Shown: positions 1 to 10,430 of the stretch, one piece after another
Layout: each line of letters starts with the position of its first letter
Position numbering within the stretch: the first letter of the stretch is position 1
Source of the DNA: an uncultured Hymenobacter sp.
GTDB taxonomy: Bacteria; Bacteroidota; Bacteroidia; Cytophagales; Hymenobacteraceae
Assembly (NCBI GenBank): GCA_964277755.1
Contig: CAXYJY010000043.1
Location: 14,237 to 78,236 of the forward strand
Direction: 5' to 3'
Length of the DNA: 64,000 nucleotides
The notes under the pieces: model-generated
Databases searched by the model: none
Seen by the model: only the letters and a program-made list of their open reading frames with translations
What the model was told of the DNA's origin: nothing
Program-made: the position numbers and the translations under genes

Positions 1-1
1 C

Positions 2-253
2 GATGTGGGCGGCGAAGTGCTGGCCGTGAGCCAGTTTACACTGCTGGCCGATGCCCGCAAGGGCAACCGGCCTAGCTACACGGGCGCGGCCCCGCCCGCC
101 GTGGCTGAGCCCCTCTACCAGCGCTTCGTGGTGCTGGTGGCGCAGGAACTGGGCCGCCCGGTACCCACCGGCATCTTCGGGGCCGATATGCAGGTGCGCC
201 TGCTGAATGACGGGCCGGTGACGATAGTGCTCGACTCGCCAGCGGCCGCTTAG
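2..253 (+). CDS. dtd: D-aminoacyl-tRNA deacylase, 5'-truncated by window edge
   Basis: SQFTL motif, KGNRPSY, GxFGADMQVxLxNDGPVT C-terminus; frame open to window start. Confidence 0.93.
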   Translation, partial: DVGGEVLAVSQFTLLADARKGNRPSYTGAAPPAVAEPLYQRFVVLVAQELGRPVPTGIFGADMQVRLLNDGPVTIVLDSPAAA

Positions 254-324
254 GTTGGTAGCGCTTACTACTTACTCAGGAAAAGCTGATGGCTGAAAGC
301 CAAGAGCTAACAATTTATAAAACA

Positions 325-669
325 ATGACCCTCGACCAAGCCCAAGCCACCGTAGACGAGTGGATTACGACCACTGGCGTGCGCTATTTCAGCGAGCTCA
401 CCAACATGGCCATCCTCACCGAAGAAGTAGGGGAGGTGGCCCGCCTCATTGCCCGGCAATACGGCGAGCAGTCGTTTAAGGAGTCGGACCGAGGCCGCGA
501 GCTGGGCGATGAGCTGGCCGACGTGCTTTTCGTTGTCATCTGCCTGGCCAACCAAACTGGCGTGAATCTCACCGACGCCCTGGCCCGCAACCTCGCCAAG
601 AAAACCCAGCGCGACGCCACTCGCCACCGCAACAACCCCAAGCTGACCAGCGGCGACGCCCCGGCCTAG
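325..669 (+). CDS. MazG-like nucleotide pyrophosphohydrolase
   Basis: LTEEVGEVAR and ELADVLFVVICLANQTG motifs; ATG 325 preferred over 289. Confidence 0.85.
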   Translation: MTLDQAQATVDEWITTTGVRYFSELTNMAILTEEVGEVARLIARQYGEQSFKESDRGRELGDELADVLFVVICLANQTGVNLTDALARNLAKKTQRDATRHRNNPKLTSGDAPA

Positions 670-1107
670 CTACGGCCGCACCCGAAAGCCCAGCACCTCC
701 CGCGTCGTGGTGTCGCGAAAGGTGACTTCGAGCAGCACGGGCGGCGGTTTTTGCAAAGAGTCCTGGGCTAGCGAAAAGCGGTAAAACCACGGCTCGCCCG
801 CGCCGTGCTCGGTCAGGTGCGTGCCAAAGGTGTAAAGCTCAATAGCTCGGCCGCGCCGCCGGCCTACCTGCCGCAGCGGCCGGGCGGCGGTGGCGAAGGC
901 AACCTGCGGTAGCCCGGCGCGCACCTCGGGGGCCAGGCGGCGATAGGCGGCCGGGTAGTCGGCGCGCAGCACTTCGGTAAGGAAGCGGTAGGCTACCTGC
1001 GCTTGCGTGGGTGCTACTGGGGCTTGCCAGCCGAAGCCCGCTGCCAGGCCGGCCACAGTCGCCAACAGCAGCCCGCTGCGATTGAAATAGGAATTGGCCA
1101 CGGCCAA
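670..1107 (-). CDS. Hypothetical protein with N-terminal signal/TM segment
   Basis: 145-aa ORF with hydrophobic N-terminus, co-oriented downstream of ftsB-like gene. Confidence 0.65.
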   Translation of the reverse strand: MAVANSYFNRSGLLLATVAGLAAGFGWQAPVAPTQAQVAYRFLTEVLRADYPAAYRRLAPEVRAGLPQVAFATAARPLRQVGRRRGRAIELYTFGTHLTEHGAGEPWFYRFSLAQDSLQKPPPVLLEVTFRDTTTREVLGFRVRP

Positions 1108-1166
1108 AAATACAACGGGGCGGCCCGGCTAGTGCCGAGCCGCCCCGTTGTGGGCAGTAGGTGCGC

Positions 1167-1484
1167 CTACTCATCTTCTTCCTTGGGTACCAGCACGAAT
1201 ACGTCCTCGCCGGGCCGCTTCATGAGGTACTTTTCGCGGGCAAATTTCTCTAGCAAGGCCGGCGAGCTCAAGAGCTCGGCACGGTCGTGCTTCACGGCCT
1301 CGATGCTCGACTGGTAGTACTCTTTTTCCGATTTCAGCTCGTGCCACTTGCGGTACATGTCGTACTGCTTGCTCACGTCGTTACCGTCGAAGAGCACCAT
1401 CCAGACCACGAAGGCCGTGCCGGTGAGGAAGTAGAAATTGCGCAGCACGCGCAAAATCGGGAAGAGAAAAGCCGGAGGACGCAT
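1167..1484 (-). CDS. FtsB/DivIC family septum formation initiator
   Basis: N-terminal TM, coiled coil, LEKFAREKYLMKRPGEDVF motif; follows eno. Confidence 0.88.
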   Translation of the reverse strand: MRPPAFLFPILRVLRNFYFLTGTAFVVWMVLFDGNDVSKQYDMYRKWHELKSEKEYYQSSIEAVKHDRAELLSSPALLEKFAREKYLMKRPGEDVFVLVPKEEDE

Positions 1485-1487
1485 TCC

Positions 1488-1557
1488 AATTGTTGATGGT
1501 TAGTTGTTAATGATTAATTGCTGGTAATTAACCATTAACAACTAACCATCAACAATT
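1488..1557. repeat. Inverted heptamer-periodic hairpin between eno and ftsB-like gene
   Basis: AATTGTTGATGGTTAGTTGTTAATGATTAATT and near-perfect reverse complement separated by 6 nt. Confidence 0.9.
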
Positions 1558-1561
1558 AAAA

Positions 1562-2842
<1,281 letters not shown>

Positions 2843-2861
2843 TTAAGGAGGGTGACAAGTG

Positions 2862-2869
2862 CAAATGTA
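2862..2869 (-). promoter_or_regulatory. Bacteroidota -7 promoter element (TACATTTG) for eno
   Basis: Matches TAnnTTTG about 30 nt upstream of eno start. Confidence 0.6.
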
Positions 2870-2876
2870 GCCGATA

Positions 2877-2990
2877 TGTAGCTTGGACTTTGTAGTCCGA
2901 GCGTGAGCGCAGCTCACATCCACGGGCGAAAGGTCTTCTCACGCAAGATGCGAGTTGCGCTCGCGCTCGGACTACAAAGTCCAAGCTACA
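2877..2990. repeat. GTAG-type REP doublet (REPIN-like)
   Basis: TGTAGCTTGGACTTTGTAGTCCGAGCG... and inverted copy ...CGCTCGGACTACAAAGTCCAAGCTACA; each arm carries its own hairpin. Confidence 0.88.
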
Positions 2991-4047
2991 GCTCAGCCAG
3001 CACCTCGCGCAGCCGCTCAAACAGCACCTCGTTACCATCTTGCCGATAGGCACTCAGCGCCGCCTCAAAGCGCGGTAGCTCCGCCAAAAACGCCCGCACA
3101 TTACCTGCCGTGATGGCCCCAAAATACCGCCCGTAGCCGCGCTTCTCAATCTCGGCCGCGTTCAGCCACTGCTCAAACTGCGCCGGAATGGGCACCGCGC
3201 ACACCGGCTTGTGCAAGTACACCGCCTCCGAAATCAACGAGAAGCCGCCATTCGTGAGCACCGCCCGCGCCCCGGCCAGCTCCGCGATGAAGCCGGCTTC
3301 GGAGAAAGGCCGCAGCAGCACATTGCCGTGCGTTTCGTCTTTGTTGAAGCCGTAGACCCGGAATTCCTGCTCGGGCAGCTGGCGCAGAATGTCAATCAAA
3401 TCGCCCTGCGTAGTGGCTGACTGATAAACCAGTACGTAGTCGCCCTTAGTCGGCTGCGCGGCCTGAATCTCAGGCCGGATGATGCTGGGCACCAGCGTTG
3501 TATTGTCGGCGTAGCGCAGGCGAAGCGGCAGCTCAAAAAAGGTAGTGATAAGATAATGCCGGGCGCGGGGCAGCTTGGCCCGCACGATATAGCGGGCCAG
3601 GTCGTAGTGCTCGCGCTCGGCGGCGGGCACCGTCACGTCGAGGTGGGCGCGGTTGATAATCTGCATGTTGTCGATGCTGATGACCGGTACCCGCAGCAGC
3701 TTGGCGTAGAAGTAGCTAAACGACTCAAAATCAGAAATTACGACCTCGGCCCGAAAGCCGTGCAGCAGTTGCCGGTACTGCCGGAAATTGACTTGCAGCG
3801 CCTCGGGCGCGGTGCGCAAGGTGAGGCCGATGGTGCGCGACTTCGACACCGTTAGCTCCTTGTAAGCCAGATGAAAGCCCTTGATTTCGAGCACCCGGCC
3901 GGGAAACGTCTTGTCGAGTAGCGTGAAGGCCCGCGAACTGCTGACCACCCGCACGTCGTGCCCTTCGGCTAAAAGCCAGGCAATGATGACTTTGCTGCGC
4001 GTGGCGTGGCCCAGGCCCTCGCCGGGCACTCCGTATAAGATGGTCAT
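2986..4047 (-). CDS. MJ1255/VC2487-family glycosyltransferase (GT-B fold)
   Basis: YGVPGEGLGHATRS, VISDFE, TNGGFSLISEA, QFEQWLNA motifs. Confidence 0.85.
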   Translation of the reverse strand: MTILYGVPGEGLGHATRSKVIIAWLLAEGHDVRVVSSSRAFTLLDKTFPGRVLEIKGFHLAYKELTVSKSRTIGLTLRTAPEALQVNFRQYRQLLHGFRAEVVISDFESFSYFYAKLLRVPVISIDNMQIINRAHLDVTVPAAEREHYDLARYIVRAKLPRARHYLITTFFELPLRLRYADNTTLVPSIIRPEIQAAQPTKGDYVLVYQSATTQGDLIDILRQLPEQEFRVYGFNKDETHGNVLLRPFSEAGFIAELAGARAVLTNGGFSLISEAVYLHKPVCAVPIPAQFEQWLNAAEIEKRGYGRYFGAITAGNVRAFLAELPRFEAALSAYRQDGNEVLFERLREVLAEL

Positions 4048-4115
4048 GGGAAAAGAAGGTGGGAGAAACACGGCAAAGTACGCGGCGGCGGGCTAGTCGG
4101 GCGGCCTGAAAGCGC

Positions 4116-4200
4116 CTGTCCTTGCAAGCGCAGCGAAGCAATCGCACCTGTTAAGCCGCGCCGCTCTGGTGCGATTGCTTCGCTGCGCTCGCAAGGACAG
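4116..4200. repeat. GTCC/GTCA-type REP doublet
   Basis: CTGTCCTTGCAAGCGCAGCGAAGCAATCGCACC and inverted arm GGTGCGATTGCTTCGCTGCGCTCGCAAGGACAG. Confidence 0.9.
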
Positions 4201-4206
4201 ACGGTA

Positions 4207-6015
4207 CTAAACCACCAGCTGAAAAAAAGCGCCCGGCCGATTATCCGTCGTTACCTGGCCGCCGAGCTGGGCGCTGAGGGCCAGAATGAGCTGCTGCCCA
4301 AACGAGCCCTCGGTTGCCTGCCACTGGCCAGGTGCGAAGCCGAGGCCGTTGTCCTCCACCTCCAGCAGCAGGCCGTTTGGGCTGGGCGCGCCGAGTAGCA
4401 CCCGCAGCCGGGGCCGGGCCACGCGGGCGTAGGCGTGCTTCATGGCGTTGGTAATTAGCTCATTGATAATGAGGCCCAGCGGTACGGCGCGCTCTACGTC
4501 GAGGGCGGGCAGGTCGAGGGTCAGCGCCAGGTCGAAGGTAGCCTCGTCGAAGCCGTAGGCCAGTAGTAAGTTTTCGAGCAGGGTGGTGAGGTAGGGGCGC
4601 ATATCGACGCGGGCCACATCGGTGGTTTGGTAGAGGTGCTGGTGCAGCAGGCCCATGGCCTCCACGCGCTGCCGGCCCTCGCGCACGGCGCGGGCGGCGG
4701 CGGCATCGGCCAGGCTACCCGACTGCAAATTGAGCAAGCTGCTCACGATGGCCAGGTTGTTTTTGACGCGGTGATTGAGCTCGCGCAGCAAGAGTTCAAG
4801 GCGATTGGCCTGCTCTTGAATACGCTCATTCTTAGCGCTAACGGTTTGGTTGGTAGCGTGCAGCTGGCCGTTGGCGCGGCGCAGGGCGCGGTACTGCCCG
4901 GCGCTGAGGGCCAGCAGGCCGGCCACCAGGGCCAGCCCGCCGCCCAGCGCCCACAGCTGGCGCTGCCGCCGGGTGTTTTCGCGGGCCAGGCCCGCGATGC
5001 GGGTTTGCTGCTGGCTTAGGCGGTAGGCGGCCTCGATGCGGGCCACGGCCTGGGTTTTTTCGAGGCGGTTGAGGCTGTCGTCCACGTCGCGCTTTTCTTC
5101 GAGTAGCCTGATGGCCAGCTGGTAGCGGCCGGCCGCCTGGTAGGCTTGCTCGGCGGCGGCCAGCGAGTTGCTGAGGCGGTGCGGGTCGCCGATGGCGCGG
5201 CCCAGTTGCAGGGCCGTGTCGGCGGTGGCCACGGCGCGGGCGGCCTGGCCCTGCTGCCGGTAGGCCCAGCTGAGCTGGCGGTAGGCGTGCTCCAGGCCGT
5301 TGCGGTTGGCCTGCGCCCGGTGCAGCGCCACCGCCCGCCGAAAGTAGCCGATGGCGGCCGGCAGGTCGTGGTCGAAATCCATGAGCAGCTGGCCGTAGTT
5401 GGCATAGGCCACGCCCAGCACCGAGGGCTGGAGGCGGTAATTGACTTCGAGCGCGATGGCCTGCCGGTAGCACCGGCGGGCCGAATCGGGCTGGTGCAAA
5501 TCGCGGTAGATAACGCCCTGGTTGAGCAGCGCCGCCACCATGCCCGCCGGGTAGCGGGCCTGCCGGGCCGTGGCCAGCGCCAGCTGCGCCTGCGCCAGGC
5601 CCTTGCGCAGCAGCGCGGCCACGCCCTGCGTGTCGGCCATGCGCTTGTAAGTCTGAGCGTTGAGGTTAAGCACGGCCGCTACTCCAGCCGGCCGGTGCTG
5701 GGCTTCAAACAGCGCCTGCGCCCGCTGCCCGTAGATGAAACTGGAATCGAACTCGCCCGCGTTGCGCAGCGCCGTGCCCAGCTGCAAGGCGCTCTGGGCC
5801 ACGCCGTAGCCGTAGCGCAGCCGCTGGCTGGCGCGCAGCAGCTGGCGGTTCAGGGCCAGTGCCGAGTCGTTGTTGCGCAGTAGCAGGCGGCGGCCCAGCG
5901 CTAGTTGCGCTCGTACCTGGGTGGTGTCGGCTAGGCGCGGCTGGCCGGCGGTGGCGGGCCGGGTAGCCAGCGCCAATAGCAGCAGACCAAGCAAAAAGAA
6001 GCGTGCAGCAGCCAC
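4207..6015 (-). CDS. TPR-containing membrane sensor histidine kinase (HisKA_2 type)
   Basis: Signal peptide, TPR-like helices, TM segment, ELNHRVKNNL H-box, ELITNAMKHA N-box, EVEDNGLG. Confidence 0.92.
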   Translation of the reverse strand: MAAARFFLLGLLLLALATRPATAGQPRLADTTQVRAQLALGRRLLLRNNDSALALNRQLLRASQRLRYGYGVAQSALQLGTALRNAGEFDSSFIYGQRAQALFEAQHRPAGVAAVLNLNAQTYKRMADTQGVAALLRKGLAQAQLALATARQARYPAGMVAALLNQGVIYRDLHQPDSARRCYRQAIALEVNYRLQPSVLGVAYANYGQLLMDFDHDLPAAIGYFRRAVALHRAQANRNGLEHAYRQLSWAYRQQGQAARAVATADTALQLGRAIGDPHRLSNSLAAAEQAYQAAGRYQLAIRLLEEKRDVDDSLNRLEKTQAVARIEAAYRLSQQQTRIAGLARENTRRQRQLWALGGGLALVAGLLALSAGQYRALRRANGQLHATNQTVSAKNERIQEQANRLELLLRELNHRVKNNLAIVSSLLNLQSGSLADAAAARAVREGRQRVEAMGLLHQHLYQTTDVARVDMRPYLTTLLENLLLAYGFDEATFDLALTLDLPALDVERAVPLGLIINELITNAMKHAYARVARPRLRVLLGAPSPNGLLLEVEDNGLGFAPGQWQATEGSFGQQLILALSAQLGGQVTTDNRPGAFFQLVV

Positions 6016-6163
6016 GGTTGGAAAAAGCAGGGGAATTAACCGCCCCGCAACGCCGCGAAAGTAGAGCGTTCGCCCAATAGCCCGGTTTCAGGCACTGCCA
6101 ACTACCTCAACGGGTCGGTGAACGACGCTAGGCGGTAAGCCGGGAAACTTACCTAAAACGCCA

Positions 6164-6277
6164 GTCATTGCGAGCGCAGCGAAGCAAACGCACCGGTTGA
6201 GCCGCGCCGTTCGGATTTCGCTCGGATTTCGCTAGGGTTCCGTTTGGGTGCGATTGCTTCGCTGCGCTCGCAATGAC
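6164..6277. repeat. GTCA-type REP doublet; spacer holds 11-bp tandem duplication TCGGATTTCGC x2
   Basis: GTCATTGCGAGCGCAGCGAAGCAA ... TTGCTTCGCTGCGCTCGCAATGAC. Confidence 0.9.
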
Positions 6278-6320
6278 AGGTGCAATTTAATTTAGTTGAA
6301 AATATCTGAGCAGTAATTTG

Positions 6321-7082
6321 TTAACGAAATAAAAACTGCTTCAAAAACGCCTCGCGGTATTGCCGGCCCAACGGCACTACTTGGCCGGCCACGGTGGCCT
6401 CGGCATCGGAAAAGCGCTCAACGCGCTGGATGTTGACCGCAAACGAGCGGTGCACCCGCACCAGCTGCGCGAAGTGCAGGCGCTCGAGCACCGCGCCCAG
6501 CGTGAGGCGCAGGGCGTATTTGCGGGTGGTGGTGCGCAGGGCGGTGTAGGTGTTGTCGGCCTCCAAAAGCAGAATATCGGCCAGCGGAATCCGCACAAAC
6601 TCGTGGTTGTCTTTGATAAAGACGTGGTCGTCGAGCTGGAGGATAGTGTCGCGGGTGAGGGCGTCGGGCGGGGTAGGGGCGGGCGGCGCGGGCGCGGCCG
6701 GGCGGGCTACTGTGTGCAGGGCCAGGGCCAGCGCGGTGCGCAGGCTGGCCGCCGACACGGGCTTGGGCAGGTAGGCGGCGGGCTGGGTAGTGAGGGCGCG
6801 GTCGAGGGTGGGCTGGTCGGCCAGGGCGGTGAGGTAGAGCAGCGGCACCGGGCGCACGGCCAGCAGGCGGCGGGCGGTTTCGATACCATCCCAGGGGCCT
6901 TGCAAATGGATGTCGCAGAGCACGCCCCCGATGCCGGGGTGCCGCTCGAACAACTCCAGCGCCTGCGGGCCGGTACCGGCAATGCCGACCACCTCGTAGC
7001 CTTCGGCGTGCAGGGTGGCGCGCAGGTCGAGGGCCAGCACGGCCTCGTCTTCGATAAGCAGGAGCTGAATAAGAGCGGGCAT
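6321..7082 (-). CDS. LytTR-family response regulator
   Basis: Receiver (IEDE, LCDIHL, YLPKP) plus LytTR domain (EADNTYT, RVHRSFAVN, VPLGRQYR). Confidence 0.93.
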   Translation of the reverse strand: MPALIQLLLIEDEAVLALDLRATLHAEGYEVVGIAGTGPQALELFERHPGIGGVLCDIHLQGPWDGIETARRLLAVRPVPLLYLTALADQPTLDRALTTQPAAYLPKPVSAASLRTALALALHTVARPAAPAPPAPTPPDALTRDTILQLDDHVFIKDNHEFVRIPLADILLLEADNTYTALRTTTRKYALRLTLGAVLERLHFAQLVRVHRSFAVNIQRVERFSDAEATVAGQVVPLGRQYREAFLKQFLFR

Positions 7083-7292
7083 AGACAGGCGGCCAACGGC
7101 GCGCGGCGCGGCCAAAGTTTCCGCGAAGCTACGGCCCCGTGCGGCCTGGCGCGGGGCGCGCTTCGCATACCAGCCGGGGGCCGCTCACTTACCACGGGGC
7201 GGTTTCTACTGCTTTTTGGCGGTGGGGCGGGCGGGACGCGGGCAATTTTAACACCGTAACACGGCTGGTTTTTATCCTGTACTTTCTGAGCT

Positions 7293-8840
7293 ATGTCCCT
7301 ATTTTCTACCCCAGCTGCCGGCCGCTTATTGGCGCTACTTTCGATAAGCTGGCTGGCGGGCGGCGCGGTGGCGCAGGCCCAGCGCGTGGGCATCGGCACC
7401 ACTGCGCCCACCCAGATGCTGGACGTGAACGGCACGCTGCGCGTGCGCGCTGCCGCCGGCAGCGGCGTGGGCCGCCTGCTGGGCGTGGCCGACGACGGCA
7501 CCCTGCAAGCCCAGCCGCCGCTGAGCGATATCACCGCCGCCGCCGCGCCAACGGCCCCGGCCAGCCTAGGCACCGTGGCTACCGAGACCGGGCCCATCGC
7601 GGTAGCGGTGCATCCGGCCGGCACCCGCGTGTTGGTGCTCAACACCACGGTCGGCAGCCTGCAAGCCTTCGACGTGAGCGGCAACGGCCGGCCCCTGAGC
7701 CAGGGCAGCGCGCCCACCGGCGGCGGGGCGGCGGCGCTGGCCCTGGACCCGGCCGGCACCCGCGCCTACGTGCTGAACGCGGCCGACAACACCCTGCAAG
7801 CCTACGCGCTGGGCAGCGGCGGCGTGCCCGTCAGCCTGGGTACCGTGGCTACCGGCAGCTCGCCCAAAGCCCTGGCTTTGAACGCGGCCGGCACCCGCCT
7901 CTACGTGCTGACGGGCTCGGGCCGCAGCTTGCAGGCCTTCGATGCTACCATCGGCGTGCCCACCAGCCTGGGCGCGGGCACTACTACCATCGCGCAGCCC
8001 AACGCACTGGCGTTGAACCCGGCCGGCACCCGCGCCTACGTGCTGAGCAGCAGCCAGCTCGAAACCTTCGACCTGAGCGGTGCCGCGCCCGCGAGCCTGG
8101 GGCCGGTGGCCACCAGCGGCGGGCTGGGTTTGGCGGTGAATGCGGCCGGCACCCGTGCCTACGTCAGCACCGGCGGCGGGGGGCAGCTCCAGGTATTTGA
8201 CCTCAGCGGCAATTTGCCCGCCAGCCTGGGCGCGGTGGCGGCGGGCACTGCGCCACAGGCGCTGGCCCTGGCCCCGGCCGGCACCCGCGCCTACGGGCTC
8301 GATTTTGCGGGCAGCGCGCTGCAAACCTTCGACCTTGGCGGCGCGGGGCTGCCCGCCGGCCTGGGCGCTACGCCCACCGGCAGCCTGCCGCAGGCGCTGG
8401 CGTTGAACCCGGCCGGCACCCGCGCCTACGTGGTCAATCTGGGCAATAACACTTTGCAAACCTACCAGGTGGGCACCGACCCGCCGCTGCTGGGCGTGGG
8501 CAGCAATGGCGCGCTGGCCGCCCTCGACCCGGCCACGCTGCCGGGGGCCAGCCTGGTGCCCCAGGCCTACGGCTCGGTGGGCGGCGATGGCACCGACTAC
8601 GGCGCGGCGGGCGGCTACACTATCGCGCACCTCGGCGCGGGCCGGTACCGCCTCAGCTTCGCGGCCGGGCCGCTCAGCACCGCCAACCTAGCCAATGCCG
8701 TGGTGACGGCCACGCTGTTTGGCGGCAGCGCGGGGCTGCTGAGCTACAACGGCGGCGTGGGCTACCTCGATGTGTTCACCTTCACGGCCGCCAGCGCGGC
8801 GGCCGACCGGGGGTTCAGCTTCACCCTGTACCTGCCCTAG
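7293..8840 (+). CDS. Secreted 7-bladed YVTN-like beta-propeller protein, paralog 1
   Basis: Signal peptide ending AQAQ, VGIGTTAPTQMLDVNG motif, 7 xxPAGTRAYV repeats, conserved C-terminal domain ending DRGFSFTLYLP. Confidence 0.85.
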   Translation: MSLFSTPAAGRLLALLSISWLAGGAVAQAQRVGIGTTAPTQMLDVNGTLRVRAAAGSGVGRLLGVADDGTLQAQPPLSDITAAAAPTAPASLGTVATETGPIAVAVHPAGTRVLVLNTTVGSLQAFDVSGNGRPLSQGSAPTGGGAAALALDPAGTRAYVLNAADNTLQAYALGSGGVPVSLGTVATGSSPKALALNAAGTRLYVLTGSGRSLQAFDATIGVPTSLGAGTTTIAQPNALALNPAGTRAYVLSSSQLETFDLSGAAPASLGPVATSGGLGLAVNAAGTRAYVSTGGGGQLQVFDLSGNLPASLGAVAAGTAPQALALAPAGTRAYGLDFAGSALQTFDLGGAGLPAGLGATPTGSLPQALALNPAGTRAYVVNLGNNTLQTYQVGTDPPLLGVGSNGALAALDPATLPGASLVPQAYGSVGGDGTDYGAAGGYTIAHLGAGRYRLSFAAGPLSTANLANAVVTATLFGGSAGLLSYNGGVGYLDVFTFTAASAAADRGFSFTLYLP

Positions 8841-8861
8841 CCGGGCTTCGCTCGCTGGCTT

Positions 8862-10412
8862 ATGCCGTCTTTTCGAAAACAACTTAGCTGCCTGCTGCTA
8901 GCCGCGCTGCTCGGGCCTGGGCCACTGGCCCAGGCCCAAAACGTGGGCATTGGCACCAGCGCGCCTACTCAGGCGCTGGATGTGAACGGGCAGGCGCGGG
9001 TGCGGGCCTTGCAGGCCGACGCGGCCGGCCAGCTAGTAGGCCTGGCGGCCGATGGCACCCTGCAAGCCCAGTCGCCCGTCTTCAGCACGGCCGCGCCGGC
9101 GTTTTTGCCCACGCCGCCCGCCGACCTGGGGGCGGTGGCCGCCAGCAATACGCCGCAGGCCATCGTGCTTGACCCAGCCCACCCACGCGCCTACGTGATA
9201 GGTCGCACCAGCAGCATAGACGGGCAGCTGGATGCCTACGACCTGGGGCTGAATGGCTTGCCCGTGCGGCGGGGCACGGTGCCCACGGGCCGGTCGCCGC
9301 GGGCGCTGGCGGTGCATCCGGCCGGCACCCGGCTGTACGTTACGAATACGACCGATAACACGCTGCAAACCTTTGATATCAGCGGCGGCGGCCTGCCCGC
9401 GAGCCTGGGCACGGTGCCCACGGGCCGCAATCCGGTGGCGCTAGCAGTAAACCCGACCGGCACCCGGCTGTACGTCACGAACCTCGACGATAATCGCTTG
9501 CAGACCTACGATATAACCGGCGGCGGCCTGCCCGTGAGTTTGGGCGTGGTGCGGACGGGCCGCAACCCGGTGGCGCTGGCGGTGCCCCCGGCCGGCACCC
9601 GCGCCTATGTGCTCAACTACTCGGGTAACACGCTCCAGGCCTTTGACCTGAGCGGCAGCTTGCCCGTGAGCCTCGACTCGATAGGCACCACCGGCAGCCC
9701 CACGGCCCTGGCGGTGAATACGGCCGGCACCCGTGCCTACGTGGTATCGCCCTACAATAACCTGGACACCTATAACCTGAATGGTAGTGCCTTGGTCAAA
9801 ATCGGCAGTGCCTACGTAGCTTTTTCGGCGCTTGGCGTGGTGCTCGACCCGACCGGGGCCCGCGCCTACGTGCTGCAGTATGCGCCGGGCAACCTGCGCA
9901 TCTATGACCTGAATGGGGGCGGCATCCCCATCAGCCTGGCGAATACGGGCCCACTGGCCCGCCCCACGGCGATGGCGATAAACCCGGCTGGCACCCGCGC
10001 TTACATAACTACCGTCGCCAGCACGCTCTACACCTTCGACCTTGGTAGCAGCCCCCGGCCGCTGGCTGTGAGCGCGGGCGGCGCAGCGGCTAGTCTGGGC
10101 GCGACGCCGCTGCCGGGGGCCGGGCGGCTGCCAGCCGCCTACGGCGCGGTGGGTAGCGGCGGTGCGGCGCTTGGGGCGGCCAGCGGCTTCGCGGTAACGC
10201 ACCCGGCCACGGGCGTCTATCGCCTCAGCTTCACGAGCAGCCCGCTCAGTACCACCGACCTAAATCAGGCGGCCACGGTAGCTACGCTGGCCGGCGTAGC
10301 GCCGGGTAGCGTGAGCTACCGCACCGGCCGCGGCTACGTGGAGGTGCTCACCTACGCGCCTGGTGGCACGGCCTTCGACCGGGGCTTCACCTTCAGCGTG
10401 ACGTTGCCTTAA
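8862..10412 (+). CDS. Secreted 7-bladed beta-propeller protein, paralog 2
   Basis: Same architecture: AQAQNVGIGTSAPTQALDVNG, 7 blades, DRGFTFSVTLP. Confidence 0.85.
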   Translation: MPSFRKQLSCLLLAALLGPGPLAQAQNVGIGTSAPTQALDVNGQARVRALQADAAGQLVGLAADGTLQAQSPVFSTAAPAFLPTPPADLGAVAASNTPQAIVLDPAHPRAYVIGRTSSIDGQLDAYDLGLNGLPVRRGTVPTGRSPRALAVHPAGTRLYVTNTTDNTLQTFDISGGGLPASLGTVPTGRNPVALAVNPTGTRLYVTNLDDNRLQTYDITGGGLPVSLGVVRTGRNPVALAVPPAGTRAYVLNYSGNTLQAFDLSGSLPVSLDSIGTTGSPTALAVNTAGTRAYVVSPYNNLDTYNLNGSALVKIGSAYVAFSALGVVLDPTGARAYVLQYAPGNLRIYDLNGGGIPISLANTGPLARPTAMAINPAGTRAYITTVASTLYTFDLGSSPRPLAVSAGGAAASLGATPLPGAGRLPAAYGAVGSGGAALGAASGFAVTHPATGVYRLSFTSSPLSTTDLNQAATVATLAGVAPGSVSYRTGRGYVEVLTYAPGGTAFDRGFTFSVTLP

Positions 10413-10430
10413 CTTATTACTTCCGTGATT

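Noticed and set aside
4116-6277. Composite transposon formed by two related REPs flanking the kinase
   Set aside because: No transposase or target duplication; kinase is paired with a regulator outside the flanked segment
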